Part shown: piece after piece, positions 10,647 through 20,287 of the stretch
Numbering within the stretch: the stretch's first letter is position 1
How the letters are laid out: every line of letters begins with the position of its first letter
IMG/VR virus record: IMGVR_UViG_3300012662_000009
Span: 94,647 to 158,646 of that record
Direction: 5' to 3' (one strand)
Length of the DNA: 64,000 nucleotides
Origin: a virus
Lineage: Duplodnaviria; Caudoviricetes
The notes under the pieces: model-generated
What the model was told of the DNA's origin: nothing
The model's database searches: none
Seen by the model: only the letters and a program-made list of their open reading frames with translations
Position numbers and translations under genes: made by a program

Positions 10647-11450
10647 ATGAAAATACAAATAAGCGAGATATTTTGTTCTATCCAAGGTGAAGGAATCTTT
10701 TCGGGTGTTCCATCAGTATTCCTAAGGACTAATGGATGTAATCTAAGATGTTGTTTTGCTGGAGGTTCTATATGCGACACTGCATATACTTCGCATCACC
10801 CGGGAATGTCTGAATATACAGATACAAAGGATGTTATAGATGAACTTAAAAAGATCTTTAAAGAAAATCCCAATGTACATCATCTGGTCATCACTGGCGG
10901 CGAGCCTATGATTCAACAAAAGGCTCTTATAGAAGTACTTAAAAATCTTGAGGAAAATCCGGTAAATCTCCCTACTATTACAGTTGAAACAAATGGTTCT
11001 ATAAGTCCATTGGAAGAATTTTATTATTATGTGGACTTCTGGTCAGTATCACCAAAACTTTCTACATCAGCATGCTTCGAAGGAACTGATATACTAAAGG
11101 AATTACAAGAACTTCATAATAAAAATCGTATAAACATCAAGTCTTTATATGATATTATTATGTCTTCTCGTAAAGTCCAGATGAAATTTGTTTATTCAGA
11201 TAGTTCTAATGAAGAGGAAATTAAAGAACTTCTTAAACAAATTTATGATTATGGATCTACTACGACAAATTCTTTTACATTCCAAGAACATTTCAACGAG
11301 GACTTGCAAATAATGCTCATGCCAGAAGGTCAAATATTGGAGCAGGTTCAGAGGTCATCTAAAGAAGCTGTCGAAGTATGTATAAAGAATGGCTGGAGAT
11401 TCACTGATAGACTCCATATCAGAATCTGGGGTGACAAGAGAAAAGTTTAA
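10647..11450 (+). CDS. queE: 7-carboxy-7-deazaguanine synthase (radical SAM)
   Basis: EIFCSIQGEG, CNLRC...CDT, ITGGEP, ETNG, SPKL, RLH. Confidence 0.92.
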   Translation: MKIQISEIFCSIQGEGIFSGVPSVFLRTNGCNLRCCFAGGSICDTAYTSHHPGMSEYTDTKDVIDELKKIFKENPNVHHLVITGGEPMIQQKALIEVLKNLEENPVNLPTITVETNGSISPLEEFYYYVDFWSVSPKLSTSACFEGTDILKELQELHNKNRINIKSLYDIIMSSRKVQMKFVYSDSSNEEEIKELLKQIYDYGSTTTNSFTFQEHFNEDLQIMLMPEGQILEQVQRSSKEAVEVCIKNGWRFTDRLHIRIWGDKRKV

Positions 11451-11475
11451 GTTAGTTATTATATAGTTAGTTGTG

Positions 11476-11510
11476 AAGGCCTCTATAAATAAATTATAGG
11501 GGCCTTTTTT
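11476..11510 (+). terminator. Intrinsic terminator
   Basis: aaggcctctataa...ttataggggcc followed by T-tract after queE. Confidence 0.65.
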
Positions 11511-11540
11511 ATATATTTTTATATATACACTTTTAATATT

Positions 11541-12341
11541 ATGATAAAGATCAATAGTGAACTTCCGATATGTTTATTAAGTGAAAATAAAAGACTTAAT
11601 GAATATGACTTTGTATTATTTCATTTATATAATTCTAATCCGGATTATAGGATATATTATAAGAATCTCAGTAGATTCTGTATATTAGATAATTCTGCTT
11701 ATGAATTTTATATAAAAGGCGAGGAACTTAATATGGATTTATATAGAGAAGCTATCGATGATCTTATTCCTGACTTTTATATACTTCCTGATGTCCTTAT
11801 GAATAAAGATAAGACGTTAGAATTATCAAAGAAGTTCTTAAATAAACCCATTAATAGTTTATCACCGGATCCAATGGGGACACTGCAAGGCAATACGCCT
11901 GAAGAAATGGTAGAGTGTCTTAAAGAATATAAAAAATTAGGCATAAGAGCTATTGCAATACCTTTTCATAATTATTTTTATACTGAATATAAAGTTGATA
12001 GTGATATTAAAGAATTTTTTGAAGAGCAATTTGGAATGATTAATAAAGATCATTTATATGCTATGGGTAGGATACAATTCATGAGAGATCATAAAGATCT
12101 TTTAGAAGAGATGGGTCATGTGCATATATTGGGTTCGCATTGCCCCATAGAAAAAGTCTTTTACAGAAATTTTCAGACCATGGATACAGGATATCCTGTC
12201 AAGTGTGGTATAGCAGGTGAGAAACTCTTTGAAGAAAAGGAAAAACCTAATATTATCATTGATGATTTTATGTCAATTCCTCTAAGCCCCATGACAAAGG
12301 CTCTTATAATAGACAATATTGAGAAATTTAGAAGGTTATGA
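11541..12341 (+). CDS. DpdA-like / TGT-family deazaguanine DNA transglycosylase
   Basis: ILDNSAYE, ILPDV, VHILG, MDT motifs of the TGT barrel; sits within the queD-queE-folE2 cluster. Confidence 0.7.
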   Translation: MIKINSELPICLLSENKRLNEYDFVLFHLYNSNPDYRIYYKNLSRFCILDNSAYEFYIKGEELNMDLYREAIDDLIPDFYILPDVLMNKDKTLELSKKFLNKPINSLSPDPMGTLQGNTPEEMVECLKEYKKLGIRAIAIPFHNYFYTEYKVDSDIKEFFEEQFGMINKDHLYAMGRIQFMRDHKDLLEEMGHVHILGSHCPIEKVFYRNFQTMDTGYPVKCGIAGEKLFEEKEKPNIIIDDFMSIPLSPMTKALIIDNIEKFRRL

Positions 12342-13279
12342 TAAAAATACTTATAACAGACACTCATTTTGGTATTAAACAAAATTCTATAATATGGCTT
12401 AATTCTCAATGTGATTTTATAGAGAAGCAATTAATACCTTATATAAAAAATCTTAAACAATCAGTTCAATTAATACACCTGGGGGATGTTTTTGATTCCC
12501 GCTCAACTATCTCAACACTGGTGGCATCTCGTATAGTAAAAATTTTCAGGTTATTGCGAGAGGTTGTTGAAGAATTTATAATAATAGATGGAAATCATGA
12601 CTATTACTCACCCAATTCAGATGAGGTTGATACTTTAAGTCTTTTATTGAAGAATATGGATATTCATATAATAAATAGAAATATTCTCATCAAAGGATCT
12701 GATATGTTCATTCCGTGGTATCAATGGGATCCTATAAAGATTCAAGAAAGAGTTAATAAAAGTAATATAAAAAATATCTTTACACATGCTGATATAGTAA
12801 CTGAAGGATGTCCTGTAACAAGCTGCAATGTATATTCGGGTCATATACATATACCTTACATCAAAGGACCTATAAGGAATCTTGGATCTTGTTATGCACT
12901 CAATTTTGGTGATTCAAATAGTGAAAGAGGTTTTTATAAATTAGAAGGAGATAACCTCGAATTTATACCCAATGAATATTCTATAAAATTCCATAGGATA
13001 TATAATGATGAAATATTTGAAAATCATACATTTAATAATAATGATTATATAGAGATATATATAGATGACAATAAAATGTCTGTAAAAGAATATAATGATA
13101 AGTTATCATATTATACAAAAAAATATAAGAATCTTCGCATAATACCGAATAAAACTTCTATAGGAGACATTGATTGCGAATCCTTGAGAAGTTATGATCT
13201 CACAACTATTATAAAAAGTCTTATTCCTAAAGAACTTAAAGAAAAATTTAAGATCATAGAAGATCGAGTGGAATATTAA
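12338..13279 (+). CDS. gp47-like (Mre11/SbcD) recombination endonuclease subunit
   Basis: DTHFG, GDVFD, GNHD, SGHIH phosphoesterase motifs. Confidence 0.85.
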   Translation: MIKILITDTHFGIKQNSIIWLNSQCDFIEKQLIPYIKNLKQSVQLIHLGDVFDSRSTISTLVASRIVKIFRLLREVVEEFIIIDGNHDYYSPNSDEVDTLSLLLKNMDIHIINRNILIKGSDMFIPWYQWDPIKIQERVNKSNIKNIFTHADIVTEGCPVTSCNVYSGHIHIPYIKGPIRNLGSCYALNFGDSNSERGFYKLEGDNLEFIPNEYSIKFHRIYNDEIFENHTFNNNDYIEIYIDDNKMSVKEYNDKLSYYTKKYKNLRIIPNKTSIGDIDCESLRSYDLTTIIKSLIPKELKEKFKIIEDRVEY

Positions 13280-13330
13280 AAATGTGGTTACATTTTAATA
13301 TATAATATCATATTACAACAAAATAAGAAT

Positions 13331-14290
13331 ATGAACAAAGACATTAAAGTAAAAGATCTCAAGAGAGATTATGATATGGGATTTGAACCCACAGAAGATT
13401 ATTTAGATTCTATGCCTGATATGCAAAACGCCCCTTATAGTTCTAAATATCGCATTAATAAAGTAGGTATACATAATTTCAAAATGCCTCTTAAGGTTAT
13501 TCAAAAAGATGGAGGGTCTCAAGAGGTTATGGCTACAATAACTGGTACAGTTTCATTAGAGGCCAATAAAGCAGGTATTAATATGTCCCGTATTATCAGA
13601 ACTGCTTATAAATCAGTAGATGATATCTTTAGCATTGATAAACTTTGCGATGTCCTTACGAATTATAAAAAAGACCTTCATAGCTTCGATGCTCATATTA
13701 TTATGAAATTTCCTTATAGACTCTGGCAGAACGCGCTGAAATCTAAAAAAGGCTCTGGAGAACCTGAAGGGGGCTGGCAATATTATGACGTGACTTTTGA
13801 TGTTAATCTTAATAAAGAAGGTCAATTCAGAAAAGTTATGTATATTGATTATATATATTCCAGTGCATGCCCTTGTAGCACCGCTCTATCGGAATATGCT
13901 GCGTATACTAGGGGGGTTTATGGAATACCCCATTCACAACGATCTGTAGTTAAATTAGGTATTGAATTTGATAAACTTATATGGATCGAAGATGTTATTT
14001 CAAAATGCCGAGAAGTGGTTCCTACGGAGACTTTGGTGTTCTGCAAAAGAATCGATGAAATGCAATTTGCGATCTTAAATGGTGCTCAACCCAAATTCGT
14101 AGAGGATGCAGCTCGAATATTTGCTAATATGCTTGATGAAATGCCTGATGTAATTGATTACAGGATTATCCTAAGCCATTTAGAAAGTCTGCATGATCAT
14201 AATGCTATAGCGGTGATTACTAAGGATATAAAAGGATCTAAATTTGACGATGAAATTTCTTATGAAGACTTTAATGCTTTGATCCGTTAA
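13331..14290 (+). CDS. folE2: GTP cyclohydrolase IB
   Basis: GINMSR, SACPCS, PHSQRS, PKFVED, ESLHDHNA. Confidence 0.9.
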   Translation: MNKDIKVKDLKRDYDMGFEPTEDYLDSMPDMQNAPYSSKYRINKVGIHNFKMPLKVIQKDGGSQEVMATITGTVSLEANKAGINMSRIIRTAYKSVDDIFSIDKLCDVLTNYKKDLHSFDAHIIMKFPYRLWQNALKSKKGSGEPEGGWQYYDVTFDVNLNKEGQFRKVMYIDYIYSSACPCSTALSEYAAYTRGVYGIPHSQRSVVKLGIEFDKLIWIEDVISKCREVVPTETLVFCKRIDEMQFAILNGAQPKFVEDAARIFANMLDEMPDVIDYRIILSHLESLHDHNAIAVITKDIKGSKFDDEISYEDFNALIR

Positions 14291-14379
14291 ATATTTTGTA
14301 AACATTGTTAACGAGCCCTTAAGATATACTTGAGGGCTTTGTTTTTATTATTATAAGGTTATTATAAAAAAGCCTATAC

Positions 14380-14691
14380 ATGAAAGCGCGTATTAAAGGA
14401 ACTACGAAGAGCATAGAAATAACTCAGATAAAAGGTATATATAATAACTCCGATGTCCTTTATCAAGACTCTGCGGGTCAGACCTATACTAAAGATCAGT
14501 TAGACATTACTAATATAATTATTCCATCGAGTACTGCACCCGATTGGTTTAAGATTTATACTGATATAGTCATAACATCCCTTAAAGAATTTATAAAACT
14601 TAATAAATCAGAAGACTATATTGCGCAAATGTCAATAAAACAAGCTGATAGTCTTATTAAATTATTGCAAGAAAAATATGAAACATCATAA
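14380..14691 (+). CDS. Hypothetical protein
   Basis: 103-aa ORF. Confidence 0.5.
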   Translation: MKARIKGTTKSIEITQIKGIYNNSDVLYQDSAGQTYTKDQLDITNIIIPSSTAPDWFKIYTDIVITSLKEFIKLNKSEDYIAQMSIKQADSLIKLLQEKYETS

Positions 14692-14766
14692 AATAAATAA
14701 AACATGTATCTTAGCTGATATTGTATTAGGATTAAGTATCTTAATATATTGTATAATCCTCTTTGC

Positions 14767-15081
14767 ATGAAATATTATCTGCGCTTTGGAGATATTCCTG
14801 TTAATGGTCTATCAAACATCTGGTTAAATAATCAGATCATAGGCCAGGAACTTGGTGTATCTGCATATGATACTGTTTTAATGACCGATGGATGGCATAT
14901 AATACTACCTAAACCAATAACTCATAGAGGAATCCACACATTAAATATATTAATAAACGATAAAAGACCTGTATACATACTTTCTGGTGAAGAAATAGGC
15001 ATAGGTACTGATGGAGAACCTCTCCTTAAAAATCCTAAGATTTTATTAGAAATCACACGAAATTTTTGGGAGGGTCACTAA
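14767..15081 (+). CDS. Hypothetical phage protein
   Basis: YLRFGDIP...ELGVSAYD...GTDGEPLL; ATG at 14767 preferred over upstream TTG. Confidence 0.55.
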   Translation: MKYYLRFGDIPVNGLSNIWLNNQIIGQELGVSAYDTVLMTDGWHIILPKPITHRGIHTLNILINDKRPVYILSGEEIGIGTDGEPLLKNPKILLEITRNFWEGH

Positions 15082-15149
15082 AGATTTTATAATCATTTGT
15101 TATATCAATACATAAAAGATAATATAATTAACTTATAAAACTAACTAAG

Positions 15150-15629
15150 ATGAAAGAGTTTGAACAATATGATATAACAAAAATTCATCAGCTAAGAATA
15201 TTCAATCCCTTCAAGAAATTTCTTTTCTTTGGATATGCTTATCGTGATGACACTCCTGAATATGAAGGTTACACTTATCGTGAAAAAGTGCCGACTGATA
15301 ATAAAGGTTCCCGAATTGTGTTTGCTATCTCGGTGCAAATGATAATCCTTTATGTATTATCTATAATTTGGAATATTTTTGGTACAACCACGGCTCATGA
15401 AAGTGTAACTTTTACAAGTTCACAGATATGGGTCATTGGGCTTATAGGATATTTTACAATACCATCATTGATATACTTAATATTAACCCATATAGAAGAA
15501 AAACGATATGAGATTATGATGATGGTCGAGGACTTTAATCATGATTCATATAAAAAATATGCGAAATCACTTTATAGAACCACCATGCATAATAAAATTA
15601 GAAATCGTTTAGATGAAATATATAAATAA
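15150..15629 (+). CDS. Hypothetical membrane protein
   Basis: Two hydrophobic segments; promoter motif at 15079-15105. Confidence 0.55.
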   Translation: MKEFEQYDITKIHQLRIFNPFKKFLFFGYAYRDDTPEYEGYTYREKVPTDNKGSRIVFAISVQMIILYVLSIIWNIFGTTTAHESVTFTSSQIWVIGLIGYFTIPSLIYLILTHIEEKRYEIMMMVEDFNHDSYKKYAKSLYRTTMHNKIRNRLDEIYK

Positions 15630-15662
15630 CTTAATTAATATTAACATATAAAAATTACTATC

Positions 15663-16196
15663 ATGAGTGTAGGATATAAAATTCTTAAAGTATCGCGAGG
15701 CTTAAAATCAAGCGTAGTAAACAGGTTCAATAATAGTATAAAAGATATCTTAAATGATGCGAATGATGCGAATGATGATGATGAAATTACAAGCGAAATT
15801 ATCGACAATAAAGTTGATGGTTTGAAAAAGATTCTTTTGAAAATGTCTATGAAAGTGGATGATGACTTCTTCATAGGGACGTTATATCCTGATGTTGATG
15901 AATGTTCAGTATATAGGCACCAATATTTCCTCAAAGAAGTGGTAAATCTACTATATAATCTTTTCGATAATGCTGAGCTTTTTGATGATCCCTTAAAGGA
16001 TGTTTTTGGAGTTCTCAACTATCAAAAAAATCAAATTATGCAAATACCTTATATGGATAAGGTTATTAACCGAGCTATGAAGAGACATATTCTCCCAGCC
16101 GAAGCTTCGCGCAAACGTTATATTAAGCATTTGGAAAGCGCCTGGAGCAAATTAGATAATTTATGTAAGGCAACCACAGGTCAATATTGGAAGTAA
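15663..16196 (+). CDS. Hypothetical protein
   Basis: 177-aa ORF. Confidence 0.5.
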   Translation: MSVGYKILKVSRGLKSSVVNRFNNSIKDILNDANDANDDDEITSEIIDNKVDGLKKILLKMSMKVDDDFFIGTLYPDVDECSVYRHQYFLKEVVNLLYNLFDNAELFDDPLKDVFGVLNYQKNQIMQIPYMDKVINRAMKRHILPAEASRKRYIKHLESAWSKLDNLCKATTGQYWK

Positions 16197-16220
16197 TTTT
16201 GTTAAAAATGCCAATAAAAT

Positions 16221-16248
16221 AAAAAAGAGACCTTAAGGTCTCTTTTTT
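16221..16248. terminator. Bidirectional intrinsic terminator
   Basis: Perfect palindrome aaaaaagagaccttaaggtctctttttt between convergent genes. Confidence 0.85.
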
Positions 16249-16270
16249 ATGTAATATGGAATAATATAAA

Positions 16271-17026
16271 TTACTCATAAATAATTTTAACCCACTCACC
16301 TTTTGATATATCTTGAGTATATTCTCTATGATTTTTTGTTGTTTTTGTTTTATCTAAAAAAGCATAACCATATTTAACCTTGTGATTTACAACCAAATTT
16401 GCGCCTATATTTTTTATTATATATGGTAACAAATTTTTAAGTTGTTTTTCATCAAGCATTGAGGAGCTTGGCAATTCAAGTGTAAATATGCCGTCTGCGA
16501 TTCTTTTATTAACAGTCAATCCCTGGACAGATTTTGCACCATATTGGCGAAAACTATTTAATATGCTTATATTTCTATTTTTCTTGACCTTAAAGTCTAT
16601 ATTGACATTTTTTAATTCCTCTATTCCACAGAGTCTAATATCTGAATAAGCTTTTATATTTAAATCTTTTAATATAGTGGATTTACCTGCAAACATAGAT
16701 GTCTGCACAGGATCATTAATAGACATTATTGTCCCAGGCAATTTATCTAAATCCTTTTGAGTTAAATCGGATATATTTATCATCCAGGTCAGGTTATTCT
16801 TTGACATATCAAATTGGATAAAATCTGGGATATGATCATATAATATGATTTGCCGACCATACTTTGAATAAAGACCCTTAGGGCCTGTTAAAAGAAGTTT
16901 TTCCGGATTTTTTAGATTTGTATACTGTTTCAACCATGAATATATGGCTTCTGTTGGGTTTTTATCTACGAGATGTTCCTCGTTATCAAATAATCCTTCT
17001 GATAAATATAATTTAATATCTCGCAT
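16271..17026 (-). CDS. Paralog family member (LFD.E..L.DKNP); putative internal virion protein
   Basis: MRDIKLYLSEGLFDNEEHLVDKNP; C-terminal ISKGEW matches ISKGQW of the 3701 ORF. Confidence 0.65.
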   Translation of the reverse strand: MRDIKLYLSEGLFDNEEHLVDKNPTEAIYSWLKQYTNLKNPEKLLLTGPKGLYSKYGRQIILYDHIPDFIQFDMSKNNLTWMINISDLTQKDLDKLPGTIMSINDPVQTSMFAGKSTILKDLNIKAYSDIRLCGIEELKNVNIDFKVKKNRNISILNSFRQYGAKSVQGLTVNKRIADGIFTLELPSSSMLDEKQLKNLLPYIIKNIGANLVVNHKVKYGYAFLDKTKTTKNHREYTQDISKGEWVKIIYE

Positions 17027-17031
17027 ATATT

Positions 17032-17610
17032 TTAACGTATATTATAAGGATCGCACCATTCAGTATAAATGACTTCTAAGCAGAAATTATTCCATATGTT
17101 CAATAAAAAACTTACATTATCTTCGCATGAGTCTTTGCTTAATGTGCCATGGTGTTGTTTATAATAGATATTTATAAGATCCCTTGCAGCTTGATCATTG
17201 TCCCAAAGGCCTTGCGGGGTCATAATTTCAAGGATATCATTGGTCATGTTAATATCATCTGAAGGAATGGAATCCATCATTTCTTCTATATAATCTATAA
17301 ATGCCTCATATACAGTAATCATATCAGTTATATTCTTCTCATTATATCCAACATATCCTGAAAATTCATCATGAGTTGCTATATCTAAATTTCTTCTTAA
17401 CCCTCTATCTAACAATTGTTTTAATTTTTTGAAGGAAAGAACATCCCTAATACTCTTTAAGTAATCTCGAAGTTCTGATTTGACATATTTAATCTTTTTC
17501 TTATCATCCATTTTAGAGCTCATTGATGTTTCACCTATTAGAATTTTTTGTAAGTTTGATATTACATCCATTGCATTAGACTCTGTTATAAATTGCTGTA
17601 AAGATTTCAT
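17032..17610 (-). CDS. Hypothetical protein with capsid-targeting-like N-terminus
   Basis: MKSLQQFITE. Confidence 0.55.
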   Translation of the reverse strand: MKSLQQFITESNAMDVISNLQKILIGETSMSSKMDDKKKIKYVKSELRDYLKSIRDVLSFKKLKQLLDRGLRRNLDIATHDEFSGYVGYNEKNITDMITVYEAFIDYIEEMMDSIPSDDINMTNDILEIMTPQGLWDNDQAARDLINIYYKQHHGTLSKDSCEDNVSFLLNIWNNFCLEVIYTEWCDPYNIR

Positions 17611-17727
17611 TATCTCGTTTTTTATTTATAATATCCAAAAAAAAAACAAATTGTAAATATGACGTTAAAATTTCATATAATATTAAATATATAAGATATA
17701 TAACTACTAACTTATATAAAATAAATT

Positions 17728-18897
17728 ATGAGTGGATTATCAGGACATATGTTAAATCTTTGGGAGGACCTAAGTCTGACTAAAGCAGACCTTAAAGAAA
17801 TCATCCAGAGATCTTTTGAAAATCGTTTTTGTTTCAAAGAAAAAATTGATGGATTCAACATCCACTTCTTTATAAAAGACGGTGAACTCCGCTTCGCAAG
17901 AAATAAAAAGGACCTCTTAAATGGGGGTATGGATCTTGACGGAATATGTAATCGATGGTTTAATAAAAAAGATATATTTGATGTTTATAAAGATGCTTAT
18001 ATGATCTTATCCGATACTCTGTTCACATTTCAACGAGGTCTTCCCGCATACACTCCAAAGTTTAAGAATAGCATTGTAACATATAATTGTGAGTGCTTCA
18101 AAGCAGGAATCACTAATGTAGTTCCTTATGAGTTCGGTGGAGTAGCTATCCATAATATCTGGGAATGGGATCTCGATAGCAATGAAGTGATTATAACAGA
18201 CTTTAATGATGTTAATAAAGGATATTTTCAGTTCTTGTGTGATCCTTATGTATATATAGAACTTAAAGATTCCTACAAATCTTTATATAAATATTATAAT
18301 GACACCATAGATTCCATATTCGGTCAATGTAAGACCATAGAAGAACTATATCAAAGGGAGTTTTTAATATACCTTAAAAAAGACTTTGCACATGCTTTTA
18401 AACATCCTGAGTATATTAAATATATCTTTAATAGAATCTTCAAAGATGATAATTCGTTTAATCTTAGGGACTTAAAAAAGATATACAAAGATCCGGAGGA
18501 ATTTTGTACTGAGAATATTATAAAAACCTTAATAGATCTTAAACAAGATGTCAAATATACTTGTTATGGAGAACTTAGGAAAACTCTTATAGAAATAGGA
18601 GATGTTCTATTAAGGGATGCAGATTGTTATATTAATCAAATTTATAAATATAAAGCTCAGGATATTCTGCGAAAAGAAATAAATGACGCTATTGATAGAT
18701 TGATTAAGTGTGGTAATCAACACACAATAAATATCGCCAGTAAGATTTATCATGAATATGTTACTGGAGGTTCTACTATAAACCCCCTTGAAGGTGTAGT
18801 ATTCAATTACAATAATCAAACCTATAAATGGACAGGATCGTTTAGTATTATTAATAAAATAATAGGACTATCAAAATCATATGATAAAAAAATTTAA
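17728..18897 (+). CDS. Ligase-like nucleotidyltransferase-fold protein
   Basis: KEKIDG (motif I-like), LEGVVF (IV-like), YKWTG (V-like). Confidence 0.5.
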   Translation: MSGLSGHMLNLWEDLSLTKADLKEIIQRSFENRFCFKEKIDGFNIHFFIKDGELRFARNKKDLLNGGMDLDGICNRWFNKKDIFDVYKDAYMILSDTLFTFQRGLPAYTPKFKNSIVTYNCECFKAGITNVVPYEFGGVAIHNIWEWDLDSNEVIITDFNDVNKGYFQFLCDPYVYIELKDSYKSLYKYYNDTIDSIFGQCKTIEELYQREFLIYLKKDFAHAFKHPEYIKYIFNRIFKDDNSFNLRDLKKIYKDPEEFCTENIIKTLIDLKQDVKYTCYGELRKTLIEIGDVLLRDADCYINQIYKYKAQDILRKEINDAIDRLIKCGNQHTINIASKIYHEYVTGGSTINPLEGVVFNYNNQTYKWTGSFSIINKIIGLSKSYDKKI

Positions 18898-20095
18898 ATC
18901 CTTTATAACAGAAAAAGATCAAGCTTGGCAAACAATAGCCAGAGACGTTAAAGATATATACAATTATATAGATACATCTAAATTTCCTCCATATAGCATC
19001 TTCAAAAAATTTATAGAAAACACTGGTGAGACTGATATAAAGTTTATATGCAGGAATGATGGTGGGTGTTCTTATATAAAGATTCCTTATATATATGATG
19101 AATATCTTACCATTGCAGCAAAAAAATCTAATGGAGTATTCACTAAAGGTCCTTATAGTGGCAGTAAATGTAATTTTTATTATAATAAAAAGAAATGTAT
19201 AGAACTTGGTAACGGCTCTGTAAATCGGGTCTCAACAAAAGATCAGGAAAGTAATACAATAAGACTTTATAACAACTATTCTAATCTTGTGCAGGAATCT
19301 TTAGAGGATATTGAAAATATCGCCCGTGATTTGGCTATAGATAAGACATGGGTGAAATCTTATAAAATGCAATTGATATCTATTATAAATTATATAGAAT
19401 CGTTTGGTGGAGCTCCCGGTGATTATAAAATGGCTCGAGTTGATAAAAGTTCCCCCATAGGGGCCGCCTACGAGGGCATGGTAAATCGTTATAGAATTAA
19501 AATAGGACACAAAGATAGAAATACTGTAGATCCTTCTGACGTAATACTATATAAAAAACAAAACGAAGGTTCGATTATAAATCTCTTAAAATCCATCGAA
19601 GACATCAAAGAATTTCGCGAGAAACTTTTTAATACTAAAGAAGTCATCGGAATATCCCTCAAAAAGCTCGGTAAGAATAGTAAAGGCGTTTATGAATTTA
19701 ACAATGGTAAGATCCATATAAAATCTATTAAAGAAATCTATGGTTTCACTCGGACATCCAATAAACAAGATCCTTCCAAAGAAGGCAGAGGTATTAAATT
19801 TAAAGTTGATTATATAGACGGAGAAGATCAAACAAGGACTATTACATGTGTTCTCAGGACCTTCGGAAGAGAATCATTAGATTTTAGTATAGACGGTACG
19901 ACATATCAAGTAGGTAAATCACCCAGAGCTCTTTGGATGAAATATCTTAATGTTACTAATAAAGACTCTATGACGGATATCTTTAATAAAATGGAAAATC
20001 TCATAAATAACAAACAATATGATATCTTATTGAAGATCATTAAAGGGTCTTTTAAGGAAGGAGATCAATGCTTTCCTTTTATAATGTTGCATTAA
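18881..20095 (+). CDS. Putative PD-(D/E)xK nuclease with capsid-targeting-like N-terminus
   Basis: DPSDVIL...VIGISLKK; N-terminus MIKKFKSFITE. Confidence 0.5.
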   Translation: MIKKFKSFITEKDQAWQTIARDVKDIYNYIDTSKFPPYSIFKKFIENTGETDIKFICRNDGGCSYIKIPYIYDEYLTIAAKKSNGVFTKGPYSGSKCNFYYNKKKCIELGNGSVNRVSTKDQESNTIRLYNNYSNLVQESLEDIENIARDLAIDKTWVKSYKMQLISIINYIESFGGAPGDYKMARVDKSSPIGAAYEGMVNRYRIKIGHKDRNTVDPSDVILYKKQNEGSIINLLKSIEDIKEFREKLFNTKEVIGISLKKLGKNSKGVYEFNNGKIHIKSIKEIYGFTRTSNKQDPSKEGRGIKFKVDYIDGEDQTRTITCVLRTFGRESLDFSIDGTTYQVGKSPRALWMKYLNVTNKDSMTDIFNKMENLINNKQYDILLKIIKGSFKEGDQCFPFIMLH

Positions 20096-20116
20096 AGAGG
20101 AGGATTTCATAAATGT

Positions 20117-20195
20117 GATTTAACAAAGAGAAATAGGCTCGATATAGATTTATATATCCGAGCCTATTTTGATCGAAATTTAATATGTTTATGTG
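20117..20195. repeat. Dispersed palindromic element, copy 2
   Basis: gatttaacaaagag-aaataggctcgatata-GATTTA-tatatccgagcctatttt-gatcgaaatttaatatgtttatg. Confidence 0.85.
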
Positions 20196-20287
20196 AGTTT
20201 ATTATATATTTTAATCTAAGACACCGTTAATATATTGATTCATGATCTTCATATAAAATTATTTTATCCTACTATCATTAAATTGGG

